64,000 nt of DNA, taken from Takakia lepidozioides (lineage: Eukaryota; Plantae; Bryophyta). The stretch's first letter is position 1. The number at the start of each line of letters is the position of its first letter. Where the stretch lies: NCBI GenBank assembly GCA_030704615.1, contig CM060732.1, forward strand, positions 26,412,001 to 26,476,000, given 5' to 3'. Positions 36,522 to 49,568 of the stretch are shown here, piece by piece. The position numbers and the translations under genes are program-made. The notes beneath the pieces are model-generated. The model made no database searches. It was given only the letters and a program-made list of their open reading frames with translations, and was not told the DNA's origin.

Positions 36522-39500
36522 TGAATCTGCCGATAATGTTGTCTGGCCATGCAATAGTTCGTCAGTTCTCACCTATGTAAAGCACGGTTAAATGAACCCC
36601 ACTGTCAATACCATGTGCAGCTAATGGGCTATTGCATAACACCTCCAGATGGTGTTTTGTGTAAATAGATGTCACATGGGAGGGACAGAGAATAAGGAGG
36701 TGACTTCCTGTGATTCCTAATGGAAGGTTCCCAGTGTAGGGAACCGATATTTTATTATTTATCAAGGAAAGGCCCCAATTGAAGGGAATATTTGCAGGCA
36801 ACTTTTTTCAGAAAGCTCTTTTGTGCTTAAGATTTGGCTCAAATTGATCAATTGGTGCTACTGCATTCGAAACAGATATTCTGCGGGGACCTACCTCTTT
36901 CGGCTAATTTAAATAATGGACCTTCTTCGTAGGCACTGCGAATCTTAGATTGGCACATGCAAGCTCCAACTTGATTAAATTGACAGGACTAGATCCATCT
37001 GATTTTTTTGCTTAACGAGTGGCCTTTGATACCTTCAGGTCGACCATCCCGAGGCCAAGTTCCAAATTCAGATCCTTCCTGGCAAGGTTATACCCGATGG
37101 CGGTTCCGCAATCAAAGTTTTAGTTCCTGAAGAAAATATGAAGATAGATATGGAAGAAAGTGATAGTGGAGCTTCAATAAGAAGCTGCAATTGCAGCAGC
37201 CTGTCTGAAGAAGTTGATAATTATCCGAGACAAGACTGCACACCTTCTCAGCAGCAGCTGGAATCAGGTTGCACCCACAAGCTAGTACTAATCAAAAAGT
37301 TGAGTCGCTTGAGAAGAATTTTGAGTGAGCAGTTACATTAACGGAGAAGGTACTTGAATCTCTTCATGTGAGCTCCAGGACATAGGCCACTGGCTAATGA
37401 AGAATAGCATGCATGTCTTAACAATCCGAAGCAGACCTCATTGACATGCGGAAGGTGTCATCTAGGTTTGTATTTCTGATTGTTTAGACAAGTTGTGTTT
37501 GTCATTGTTCATAGCAAGGACACCTTTAAACAGGTTACTGCCAGTTGATTTGTGGTTTTCAAGTGTTAGAAGTGACTAAAATGCCACCTTTTTGAGATAA
37601 TTGATAGGTCGAACAGCAGTAAATATGTGACCCAAGAATGGTAGGTACTCTAGAATAGAATTTTCTTGGACTTTACATAGGGTTTTAGACCAAACCCATG
37701 CAAGGTAAGGTTGCTGCTAAAACTTGCTTGCATTCTGGTAGCTCCATTGTCACCTATTATGTGGGCTTGACAATTTTTTTTTAAGCAGCAATAATTGCTG
37801 AGGAAGAAAAAATATAACTTCGGAGTTTCCTTGACAATTAGGTATGGTTGTTCCCACTACCAAACAAACAATCTAATTTAACAACTAGGTAAACAACTTC
37901 ATACGAGGGTCCTCAAAGACATGGTGTGGTTTTGGTTATAAGGGTGATTCATGGTGCCCATGTTGCCCTAAGTGTGTATGCCTAATGGCTATTTGTTTTT
38001 GCTCCAATAAACTCAATAAGTCCTTTGGGGCCAGCTTCAACTATGAATACATTATGTGTGCTATAGAAGGACATGACAAATGATACCCACAAAACATATG
38101 ACAAACTCTCATACAACATGTTGAAAACAGATGTAGTATTGTATACATTTGAATTTTTGTAGATGGTAGGAGAAAGATTGTTCATGGAAACGTTCTAACA
38201 AAAATGGTGCAAATAAACATCAACGAAATAGCATACAACTCAATTTGGAGATATCGACTTGTGATTTTTAGGAGAGTGGAGGTATTGAAATCGAAACCAA
38301 TGGGCTCTTCCCTAGCTTTTGCTTTTGTTTTTATTTTAAAGGAAACACCGAGCGACCGCGCACAAATCAGGCCCCTTAATTGTAGTGAGAGGACAAAATA
38401 ACCTCTTTCAAAGTAACCTCACCATGAGGCGTTGAGGACAAGGCTCATTGGACACCGCCCAAAAGAAGGGGGAGAGGATAATATTGGACCCGACAATATA
38501 GCAGGATTTGAACTTAGAATCACCTGATAGCACTCAGAGCATCCCCACAAATGCCACGACAACGGTATTTGAGCCCCCTGCCATGGTATCCACACCCCGG
38601 GCCGTACTTTGGTGCAGGACTGGCCCTCGTCAGTCCGGCCGGTACCTGCCGGAGAGACTAAAAAGCGCGCATGCGTGCATTTATTGCGTGATGGTAAGGC
38701 GGCGTCTGCCATGTGGTCCCTCCGCAGCCAGGCACGTCATCAAAAATGACATGTGCAGCGTAGTCACTGGGGGAGAGAAGCCCGCGGGAGGTTACCGTTG
38801 TTGCAGTGGTGTTTAGTGTACCCCCGGTGGAGATGCTCTCAGTGCACTATGGTATCCCTCCAAAAATCCACACAAAACTTTATGTATTTAAAAGCTCTAA
38901 AAGCCAAAAACAATAAGGGGCCTAGGTTTGAAGAGGGGTGTGAGGATTAGAGAGTGGTCTAGGAATTAAAAAGCGGGTGATATAGTAAGCTACACCACGA
39001 CTTGAATTAGTAACCATCATGTAAGGGGGGTAAGAAAAAACAAGGCATAAAGCCGATAGCTATTAAATGGGGGAGGGTTCAGGCTGCAAATTGGGTAAGA
39101 AGGTGCGACATGCCGGTTCTAGGGCTCACACATGTCACAAGGCAACTTTCTAGAAGGGTCCCACCGCCATGAGAGGGTATATAAATGAGAGCCCCCTCCC
39201 TAGTACTTACTAAGTTACCACTTACTAGTAATAAGTGGTGGGCTGTGCAAGCGCAGGCCCCCAAAGAAAAACATAAACACGAACCATAGGTATATTAATT
39301 AATAGGGACAACACAATAAGCTGAATAAGCCCCCCACAAAACAATTATGCAACTGAGTTGTGACACCGCGGCATATGTGCTGTGCCTACATTCATGGTCA
39401 ATTTGCTAAGCGTGATTTTGCGCTCATACTGATAATGAAGCTTAAGCGGGAGTTTGTATCTAAGGCTGATCGCGGATATATCAGAGGAGGAAGACTCCTT

Positions 39501-40431
39501 CCAAAGCAGACGTAACTTATGGTGTCACTTCACCAAAGGGCTACCGCCTTCCATTTGGAAGGTGTCTGAAGGTCTACACCTTCTACGGGCTGAGACCAAT
39601 GCAACGCAGTTGCCCAAATCTCCCCCAAAAGAATTGAAAGTCCTCAGGTACCCACACATTAAGGAATGAGTTGACTCTAGATCGAAATGTGACATCCAAC
39701 ATACCTATGTAGCTTTGAGCCCACAACCACTTATAAGGCGGATGGATATATGTAGACCTATTTACTCACAAGGTAGTATTATATCACTTTGCCATCGGCT
39801 CAATATAGAAATGTTGAAATCAGATTGAGAAGTTTATATGAATTTCAATCGGAACTCTACAATGGGCAAAAAGTTGTGCATTGATGCATAGCTTAATTTT
39901 CACCATATTAGTTGTTTAACAATAAACCTACAAGGACCATGAGTTGTGAATGTGTTCAACAATGAACACATGAAACGATCAGCAAAAACAAAAAACAAAT
40001 ATAAGCTATCTGCCGGTTTAAATTGAAAAGAGAGGAACAAGTTATCCATCACAACTTATTCCATTTTCGTTTCATGTGACATATCTAGCATTTTATTTAA
40101 TCAATTAATTATATATATGGGAGAAAACGTCAAGTGCTTCACAACCTACACCTATGAGGTTGGTATTTGAGCTAGATAACTCTAAGACCTGGTGCTCATG
40201 TGCAAAGATTATATGTCTTCCGGATCTTTGTAATTCTAATGGTGTAGTTGGTTCTCCACAATCTTGTACTCTCCAACATATATATATATATATGACGCCA
40301 GCCGAAGCTAGCGTAAATAAGAGCCTCTTCCCCGTGTGGGTACTGCCTCCTTTCGGGGGTGACTTGGGCTCTATGGCAACAAGAACCAGTTACTAAGCGG
40401 CAAGCTGGCCACTTTCAATCTTTCTTTTGTT

Positions 40432-40771
40432 GAGGAAAATGGTTGTTAGTGAAGTGATGGCCGTAAGGTGTAATGTCCATAATAGGGGGGTGGTATATTT
40501 CTGAGGTAGTTTAAGGTTTTCTTTTAGGATTAGACTGTTATGACAGTGAGCTCCCCCTCTGACACCAGCGGTGATGATTGTCAGAGGGGCAGTGTTCCAT
40601 CGAGGATAATGGTTGTTAGTGAAATAATGGCCGTAAGGTCTAATGTTCGTAATAGGGGGGTGGTATATTTCTGAGGTAGTTTAAGGTTTTCTTTCAGGAT
40701 TAGACTGTTGTGACAGTGAGCTCCCCCTCTGACACCAGCGGTGATGATTGTCAGAGGGGCAGTGTTCCATC
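40432..40771. repeat. 170-bp tandem duplication
   Basis: 40432-40601 is approximately equal to 40602-40771. Confidence 0.95.
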
Positions 40772-42838
40772 TATATTGACAGAGGGCTAGAACTAGGGGT
40801 TTGTATTTTTCACATTTGAAGTACATAATGCATTGGTCGGGATCACTGTCATGACAGAACACAAATTCAATGATGTGAATAGTGAGGGAGGGGAATGGAC
40901 CTATTGGCGCTGCTGACAAGATGGGGGGTCATTGGACAAGAAGAATATTTGGACATGATCTTGCTTGCCAGACAGAGGCATGGGTGATTAACGCATGTAC
41001 ACTGTAGCAACCATGAAGGTATTGTGTGGTCCGGTGGCCTACTTTAAAATGTGTCTGCATTAATGAGATTGTACCATCTACTTTTTGGCCTGTTTTTGGG
41101 TGTGTGAGAAGAAGTTTATGGAGTTGTCAAATTCCTTGATTATGCCAAGTAATGTCAAGTCCATGGATAATGACATGTTTACAGTGGAGAAGAAAGTGAT
41201 TTTTGGTAGTGTGTTTACAGCCTTGGTTTACCTCGGAGTTGGTTGTATAGCTTTGATGTTGAATAGGGTGGCGGCCATGGGTTAGTGTAGTGTTGTGTTC
41301 ATTGTATTGTGGTCTCATTTTGAGTGAGATTCGTAGTTGGTTACTTTGTGCCAGTGGGTTGAGGTGTATAAGGAGTCTATCATGCAATTTTGTTGAAATA
41401 GATCAATAATGGGGTGGGGAGCTGAAGGCTTATTTCGGGTACGTCTTTTGGTTTGATGGAACCAACAGTTTGTTACTGTGATAGATTGAGCAGCCTTGTG
41501 ATGGGATTGTTGTTGAAGTATAGAATGAGTGGGCTGATTCACAGTTTTGTGGGATATCTGCATGCTTGTTGGGTGTGGTGTTGGTAGGATATACAAGCTT
41601 TTGTAATGGTAACAACAAAGTCTTGTGTTTAAGTAGCAATGTTGCTTGCAGATAGGTCATACAAAAATGTAGCATTGTATAGCAGAATGAATATACCGAA
41701 AAATATCATAGTGGGAAAAGTGGAGCTCTGCCAGTTAGCATCTGTATGAGCACAATTACTATGTTCGAGCAGGTTTTTTTTTACTAGGGGTGTTACTCAT
41801 TGCCTAGTCGTTTCCTGGAGGTGTTAGGTGCAGTTGGGTGCTGATTTGTTTCAGGAGAGAGATGTTTACTTGTGGTGGCAACTTGCTCCACCCCAAGCAG
41901 GGTGATTTGGTTGTGCGTCTGTTGCACGTCTGTCTCGTAAACTTGCTAGCTGGAGGTGGTTGGTACTGGAAGACCGGTTGCAGCTGAGTGGGCGTCATTG
42001 TAGTTGTGTGATTTTTCAACTTCAGTTTGGTGAGTGCAAACATTGGCAGCTTGGTCGTCATTGTGTTAAACTGGGTCTGATATGATGACATGTTGTAGGC
42101 CAACTCCTCTGATACTGATGACTTTAGAGATTCCATGTACTGAGATATTTGTGTTTCGATCTCTGAGACTACCACGTCTTTGAAGGCGACGATGTCCTGT
42201 TTGTGCTCTTCGTGCTGCGTTGCCACCATGGAAAGCAGCTCATGTCTTAGCATTTCGTTGATGGGCCTAGACTACAGTTGAATCGATTCGACTGTATTGG
42301 CCAGCGCCTTGTTGATGTCTGTGTTCTGTAATTGTTGAAGTGTGTCCAGATCCACTGCGGTGTTACCATTGAGGCTGTGGCCCGGTGTGGGAGGAAATCC
42401 ACGTTCTTGCCTATGATGCAGATGTTCTTTTTCCCTTGCCAAAGATTGTAGACAGTTGCATTCTTGCATGTGACGTGAATGGTTCCTGCATGTAGCACTT
42501 TTTCGTTATTGAGCGCATTGGTGAAGAAGTAACTAGCCATCCCCATTAGGTGCCAGATGCCTTGCAGATGTTGTCATGTATTGCAGTGATTCGGAGTTGG
42601 CGAACGATGAGCGTAAGTGCTTCTCTTTCTGTGACTTGTTGTACTTTAGGCTGGATAGTGGCCCTGCTGATGCTGCGCAGTCGTTCTTGCACCTGGAGGA
42701 TCTCGTTCTCGTGCCTTAGGCCATGAGCAAGGGTCCGAGCCTTGGTTCCCTCTGTTGCCGTGTTCAGACATCCAAAGTTCGCTTCTATAGTGGGCTTGTC
42801 AATGTAGAGTATTTCGAGATATTCCCCTGCATTATAAG

Positions 42839-43537
42839 CCCGAGGAAGTCACTCTCTATCACTTGTATAAGGCACGTGAGATAAATGGTATTTTATAGGG
42901 GGGTATTACTTTTATTTTGGGTATTTTTTAGTACCCTACAATTACATAATTTTGTAATATGGTGAATTTTTGATATGCTATTTTAATTATATTTTTTGTT
43001 TCAAACGAATATTAGACACCATATATTAATAATACAATAAAAGAATTCCCAAAAAAATTGGTTTTATTTTTTGGTTGAAATAAATTCATTCAAGCATTCG
43101 TATCATCACCATTCAAGGTAAAAATGTCCTGTGCTTTATCGAAAGTCATAGTGACTGAACTCATAACTGAGTCTACATCTATCCACTTGTTGTTGATCAT
43201 ATTTGAATTCAAATTGTCCTCTAGATTTTGAGGAAGCTAAATACAAACTTCTATATCATCCCCCTAAGCTACGTACAAACATCTGTATCCTCCCCCTAAA
43301 AATATGTATATATTTTGAAAATTTTCCATAGGTATTATCTCAACCCTATAGTAATCTTAAGAAAAAATTAAAATGAGTAATTATTTTAGACCCTATATTA
43401 ATTTAAATTCCCTGATCACAATATAATGTACCCTTTATTAATTTTAAATATTTTCTAATTTTTATCTCTTCAAAATAAATTGCACCCTATATTTTTTTGC
43501 ACGTCGGTTGGAAATACTTGGAAGTGACTTCCCCGGG
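42839..43537. mobile_element. Non-autonomous DNA transposon (MITE), 15-bp TIR, 8-bp TSD
   Basis: TSD ATTATAAG at 42831-42838 and 43538-43545. TIRs CCCGAGGAAGTCACT and AGTGACTTCCCCGGG (14/15). AT-rich interior. The host frame (YEAYNAGEYLEIL) is restored on removal. Confidence 0.9.
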
Positions 43538-45082
43538 ATTATAAGCCTCATAGACAATGTTAGCAGCAGTTTGTGTGCCTGCAGGGAGCCCTTCCATGGT
43601 GGTGCCTTTCATGTGGAGGGAGAGACGGTCTCCACTGCTCTCCATTTCAAAGTTTTTTCCACCTTTCCTTGAACTAGGGTGCCATTTGCCATCATGATGT
43701 TAAGGATGAACGCTCTGTTGTTGATTAGAAGGTCCATGTCATACTTTTCCGGGTGCTTGAGGCATACTTTGATGAGCCCCGAGCTCGGACCAACATAGTT
43801 TCTTTTAGACGAGGTTCATAGATTGTTGGTTTGCTAGTGAAATCAGTGTTGTATTAGCTTCTCTTGCCAGGGACCTCATGTGTTGGATTGTATCCAATCA
43901 TGTTGAGCATGGATGATGGAACTGCCAACACTAGTGGAGAGGGCCGGGGTCTTATTATCTTTACGAGACATTGTCAATATTTAAAATCCAAGGCCGAGAA
44001 ACTTGTCGACTGATCGGCTGCTACTGAAGGAGAGTGAGTTGCAACCACAGTTCAGATTGATATTTTCATCATAAAAGAAGGGTAATAATTGATACTCATA
44101 TTTTCCAAAGATAAGCAAGTGGTGCATAATTTCTCATGCATTTTGATGGGGTATACCACTACTCAATGATACACCTTCTTTGACAAAATTAAACAATACA
44201 ATAACACCAATATTCTATTTAATCAATTAGGGCTTATCCCGGAAGGGGCAGTAGTTGAAAGGCGAAGCCCGTGGCTCTTGGCTACACTGGCCACAACCAA
44301 TGTCTTCTCTGTCAATTGTGGCCATATTCCTTGCATTTAGGCTTCGACAACTTAGTGGTCCATATGCTGCTCTCCTATTACCTCCATAATAGACATTTCG
44401 ATCATGGATAGATTGTATCCCCATAATATTGCTCAAGATCTGGAAGGGGCCTGATTAGAGTGTTGTTGCTGTTTCATGGCCATCAGTTGCTAGTCATGGA
44501 TCACACCTGGAGGAGATTGATATGCTCTTGCTATTGCGGTCTATGCACATACGCTATGCCATCTCCTGTCACTACTACCACCGCGACCAAAAGCCTAGGT
44601 GTCTTTCCGTCCATCTCTCTGCTTCCCTTGCTTCCCTTCCAAAAAACACTCACATTTGAGCCTTCCCCCACAGACTGTCACAAAAAACTCATCTTCTTCT
44701 TTCATGAATTCCACTTCCTACATCATGGGGCCATTTGTTGTTTGCTCCATTCACTTTAATCAATCCATCCATCCATCTTCCTCATTCATCCATAGGACCT
44801 ATAGATTTGAATAGGTAGAAAGAAAACAACCCCAAAAAATAGAAGAACTAAAAGACAATTGCAATAGCCACTGCAAAAAGTGATGAGTGATGGATGTGTT
44901 CACACTTCAAGCAACCATCATAACTTTGTTATTTCTTAGTATTATTTTCTAGCAACAAAAAGGGTTATGAAAATGGTCTTTCTATCATGAGAAATGGAAG
45001 CAATCACAAACTTCTAACTTAATGTACATATGTAATCCATTGGAAAATGTCGTGGGAGAAAAAATTGTATTACGACGTTCAG

Positions 45083-45280
45083 GGTAATTATATATCCTCA
45101 CAATCCGACAACCTGGCCCATGACCATGAAGGAGGATTGGGTGGACCTCCAATAGATCTCTTTACAAGTTCAAATGTGGTCACATTAAGCTTGCATGATA
45201 TTGAAGCATTGGCGCTAAACAAGACTCGTGACCAAGCATGGTTGGTGGCACTATATGCCCCATGGTGCCCATTTTGTTAG
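45083..45280 (+). pseudogene. APR: Orphan exon of the APS reductase thioredoxin-like domain
   Basis: DLFTSSNVVTLS..IEAL..RDQAWLVALYAPWCPFC* matches plant APR 'W.V.LYAPWCPFCQ'. CAG>TAG just before a GT donor. No other exons recognised. Confidence 0.75.
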
Positions 45281-45589
45281 GTCAGCGCGTGAATTAAATT
45301 ATGATTGTATGATATCGACAATCTTATGAAACCAACAGTAACCTAAGGTTGGTTATTTCTTCTAAGGCTTGGATCTCCATCCCCTTCTTTTTAAAAAATA
45401 ACGAAAAAAAATACGTTGTTTTTTTTGTTGGTCTCATTTGCGGAAAATGGGCAAGGAGCCAAAGAATTATCTCTCTCATCTCTTATAACTCATGGTAGCC
45501 TATCAACTTTTCAAGAGAAACCTTGCCATGTAAGGCCAAATCGAAACCATTGCATCATGATAGGTGCTGAATTTGATATGTTTGTATAT

Positions 45590-48414
45590 TAAATTGCCTG
45601 ACATGGGTCCACATCCTCTTGCATGCAACATCGAGCAAGGTCATGGTTAATGGGGTTATATCGAAGCCCTTTCGCATTTCCAGATCGGTGCGGCAGGGTT
45701 GCCCCTTGGCACCCTTCCTCTTCCTCATAGCGGCGGACTCGTTGGGTCACATGTTGTAGGCAAGACATCATTGGCCTTCATTTGCCCACACTGCCCCGGA
45801 GATGCTGAAACTCTCAATGTATGCAGATGACACTACTCTATTGCTGGACAACTCCACAAAGGCCAACGTTGACAAGGCACTCCAAATTCTCCACACCTTC
45901 TGCTTGGCTACAGGGCTCAAGGTCAATTGGAAAAAATCAATGGGCATTTTTTCCAAGCTGCATAATGAAGCAACGACAACCCACTATCAGCCATGGGGGG
46001 CAGATATAGGACTTGGGTGGCTGCAAGAGGGCCAAACGCATAAGCTGCTGGGGCATCAAATAGGTCTGAACATGTCAAATCATGACCGCTTCAAGGATGT
46101 GCTTGCTAGGCTAAAAAAAAACTTGGCGTTCTGGAGTGCTGCAATGCTCTCCATTGTGGGTACAACTTTAGTTGCCAACCAGGTTTTGGAGGCATCAATG
46201 TGGTTTTCTGCGGAAGTTTGGGACCCAGATGAGGCCATGGTCAAGGAAATTAAGGCGCTCATTCGTAATTTCATATGGGGAGCTACTTTTGTGGCCCCAT
46301 CAAGAAGGGCTTTGCTCTCATGGGACCAATTGTGCCAAAAGAAAAACAAAAATGTGGACTAGGTATTATTGACCCCTCGGCGCAGTTTAAGGCACTGTTG
46401 GCAAAGTGGATCCCAAGAGCCATCAAGCATAGAAACACTCCATAGAGCAAGCTCATACAACCATTTCATGGGGTCAATCCCCACATCCTCAAGCCTATGG
46501 ACTCAATCCTTGAGATGGTTTGTTCAAGGTAAAAACAAAACTGTTTCCTTGGGCTCCAAGCCATGGCAGTCTATATGGAGGGCCTGGCATGGCATAAGAG
46601 ACAATCTCACGCAACGAATGCCTCTGACTCACCAGGAGTGTTTGAGACAGCCTGTTTTTGCTAATTATAACATGGATTCGGACATTCTTCTTTCGCAGGC
46701 CTCGCAGTGGGCTTTTTGGGAGCAGATAGGATTCACGCACATATCAAACATGCGCTGTCATCATCAATTCTTATCCAGGGCGCAAGTCGCCACCATGGTT
46801 GGGCACAGAAGAGCTAAAACCTGGGACACTATTCTGGCAAATGTGCCTCAGTATATGGAACCTCTCCTACCTGATGCATTGGTCATAAAGATACCCACTT
46901 GGATGGCCACCAGTCAGCAGATTCAGACCCCTGTCATGCTGGTCACAGCCTGCCAAGGTGTTAGAGCAACAGGTTTGGGATTTTCTGCAGATGGGGAAGG
47001 TCTTCTTCAATATCAAGGAAGAATGGAAGCACATAAAACTGACCTCTTTCACATCAGAGTTCTGGATAATCTGGGCAACCCAAACCCGCTGCCCCCGCAA
47101 GGCATGGAGACCCAATGGGCAAGACAAGAAAACCTCACCTGGTTTTTGAGCTGCCCACTGGTAGACCTGCAATTCGATCCCGGGGAGTGGAGATGGATGG
47201 ATAAGAAAAAGACCCCTTTCTTTGCGTACTCTGTGAAAAAGGGATACTCTCTCCTTAACCCCCCCCGCTCGTTTGAGTTCAAGTGGAATGCAAAATGGAA
47301 CATCCCGCTGCTAGACCACCATGGATGGGACAAAATCTGAAGAGACATCTGGAGAAAAGACAGACCAGCCAAGCTATCCGGTTTTCTATGGAAAATCGCG
47401 CATAGAATTCTACCAGTTAGAAAACGCACCCATGAAGACAACCCTAACTGCTCTCTGTGCGGTTCTTCTCCCGAGTCCATTGAACACTGCCTGATGTTCT
47501 GCAATCTGGCTGTTAGAGTCTGGCACTTGGTTCTTGGTTTCTACTCCCGCTGGAATAGCTTCCCCTCTCCCCCCCCCACCTTCTCTGTTGCTTCTGAATT
47601 TCACCGTGGGTCAAGTGCAGACTATCTGCCCAGTTTGGGTTGCTCTTAGAGCGCTTACCTTGTGGAACTTATGGAAAACAAGATGTGCTTGGTTTATGAG
47701 GGAAAACCCCCCCAGGGGCAGATCGGTATGATTCAATACTTACCAATATCTGTTGACTGAGGGGCGGAAGGCTTGGTTAACTGTCTGTGCAACTGTTTCC
47801 AGAACTTCGGAGCAGCGAGGGAGGAAACTGCTTCAAGACTTCCATGACACCTGGGGCAAAAGCAGCATGCTCGGCGCCGGTTTTTCCAACTCTAAATTCA
47901 CTTGGCAACATTCCATCCCCTCTCAATGGGAGGTCCCTTGGTGAAGGTGATGAGGGAGATTGCAACTGGCGCCATAAACGTGCTAGAGGCCCCAAATTCC
48001 GCGCAGCTAAAGTTCTAGATGTTTGGCAGCCTCTGCGACGGTTCCGAGTTGCATCACCCTCAAAATCTACTTCCACCATCCCCTAGCATCCCTAGCTGGT
48101 TTCAAGTCTTTTTCAAGACTTAGCTCATTGCTTTTCCTGACATTGTCTACTTCCCTATAGTGAATCCTTGCTTCTAATCTCCCCCCATCCCTACCACATC
48201 TCTCTCGGTCCCCCGCACCACTCTCTCGACCCCTCCTTCTCAAAGTCATCTCTTTGGGTTTCCTTGCTCCTTTCCCTTAGCATGTTCGCTATGGTTCCGG
48301 GGAAGTTCCCCCCCGGGTGGTTATTTTTTTCCACCCCTGTGTAACTCCTCCTTATTTAATTTGATCAACAGTCCCTTTCCCTTTAAGAAAATAAAAAATA
48401 AAAAATAAAAAAAT
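45590..48414 (+). mobile_element. 5'-truncated L1-type LINE
   Basis: RSVRQGCPLAP and YADD (about 45820). Zinc finger CSLC..ESIEHCLMFC (about 47449-47500). Pyrimidine-rich 3' UTR and A-rich tail 48385-48414. Frameshifts and stops. Confidence 0.92.
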
Positions 48415-49568
48415 TCTAGGGAGCGGAGCTTTTATATCTTAGGGCGCTGTAAATTCCCACATGCTCCTCCTAACACGTACAATTTATCTTCAGGGTTCAC
48501 TTCCATCCACTATCATCCATGAAAGCTGGATCGTCGCAAAAATCTGACACGGCCGGGGTTAACTTGGGGTCGCTCCGGCACAAGCTTCTACCTAGTGATG
48601 TTTTAGTGATGGCTTTGGTTGTTTTCATGTTTGCAGGTGGCCAGGTTTGGCTGGTCGGATAGATAGTAGCTAAGTTACCCATCTCTTTACAGCACCGTTC
48701 AGCAATTTGAGCAACCGGGATTCTTTGAAGAAAATTTGGAAAATTTAAAAATGGAGATAAGAAAAGGAAAAACAAACAATGGGAGAAAAAAGGAGAAAGG
48801 GAACGTTGCTAATACGCACATGTGCCACAAAGCGATAAGCTTGCCCGATATTCCCTATGCGGATGAACAACGGTCGAATAGATGAAGGAGAAACATCCGT
48901 CCGTACACAAGAAGGGACAGCCGCAAGGATCTGCTGACGTGCTTTTTGTGTCCTTTCAGTTTCGGTAACTCATCCCTCATCCTATCGCCGCGGATGAACC
49001 TATGACCGTGCAGCCGGTTAAGGGCCACTCAGAAGTGCCATGTGCCGTATTGTAATTCACCAACGCTGGAAAAGTACGTAGACCCCACACATTAATAAAA
49101 TATATTTTAAGATAATACTTTTATAAAGAGGAGTAAAATAATTTTTAAGAGGAAAAAAAGGAGACTAGTTAGTCACTACACGTCCCTAATGTGCCCTTCT
49201 CAGTAACACCTCTCTCAGGTTACATATCCAGAACTGAACAACTAATAAATGGATGAATGTTCAAGTTTATTATGGATGAAAGTGGATTTCATTATTCACA
49301 ATAGCAGCTTGTTTTTACTTCGAAGGGGGGAAACACTAGGGATCCACCCTCACAAATGAAGCCCCTTAACTTTCATAAGGCCTAGTGAGAGAAAACGGAA
49401 GCAGCAGTCATGAAGGACACAGTTGAAGACATAAAAAGCACTCCCAGCTCAATTGTTAGTCTGGTGACCAGATCACAATAATTGATGTCCAATTTGGACA
49501 GGAGAAGCCCCAACACAATGGGATTTCCAACAAATAAGAATGACAAAAGACAAGCAAGCTTCCTTCAG

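Larger units (their letters stand above)
40294..43960 (-). mobile_element. Degenerate non-LTR retroelement with a restriction-like endonuclease (RLE); no RT visible
   Basis: HFLLHCKH..IT(W)HNQ zinc-knuckle remnant, then IHIIEFVFCHD..KCEKYKPL..L..WN..IITAGVRG..TIFLNKRKIE..* (stop 40393-40395). Short 3' UTR abutting (TA)n at 40278-40293. Upstream coiled-coil ORF remnants 41804 to about 43900. Confidence 0.65.

Noticed and set aside
37040-37345. Short ORFs including a DLNLELGL (EAR-like) word
   Set aside because: An in-frame stop lies just upstream and there is no supportable gene model.
39020-39694. Possible solo LTR (TGTAAG...TGACA, TATA-like motif)
   Set aside because: No matching TSD or second copy in the window.
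41804-42546. Viral envelope or fusion gene
   Set aside because: No signal peptide or transmembrane anchor seen; context fits the upstream ORF of the RLE element.
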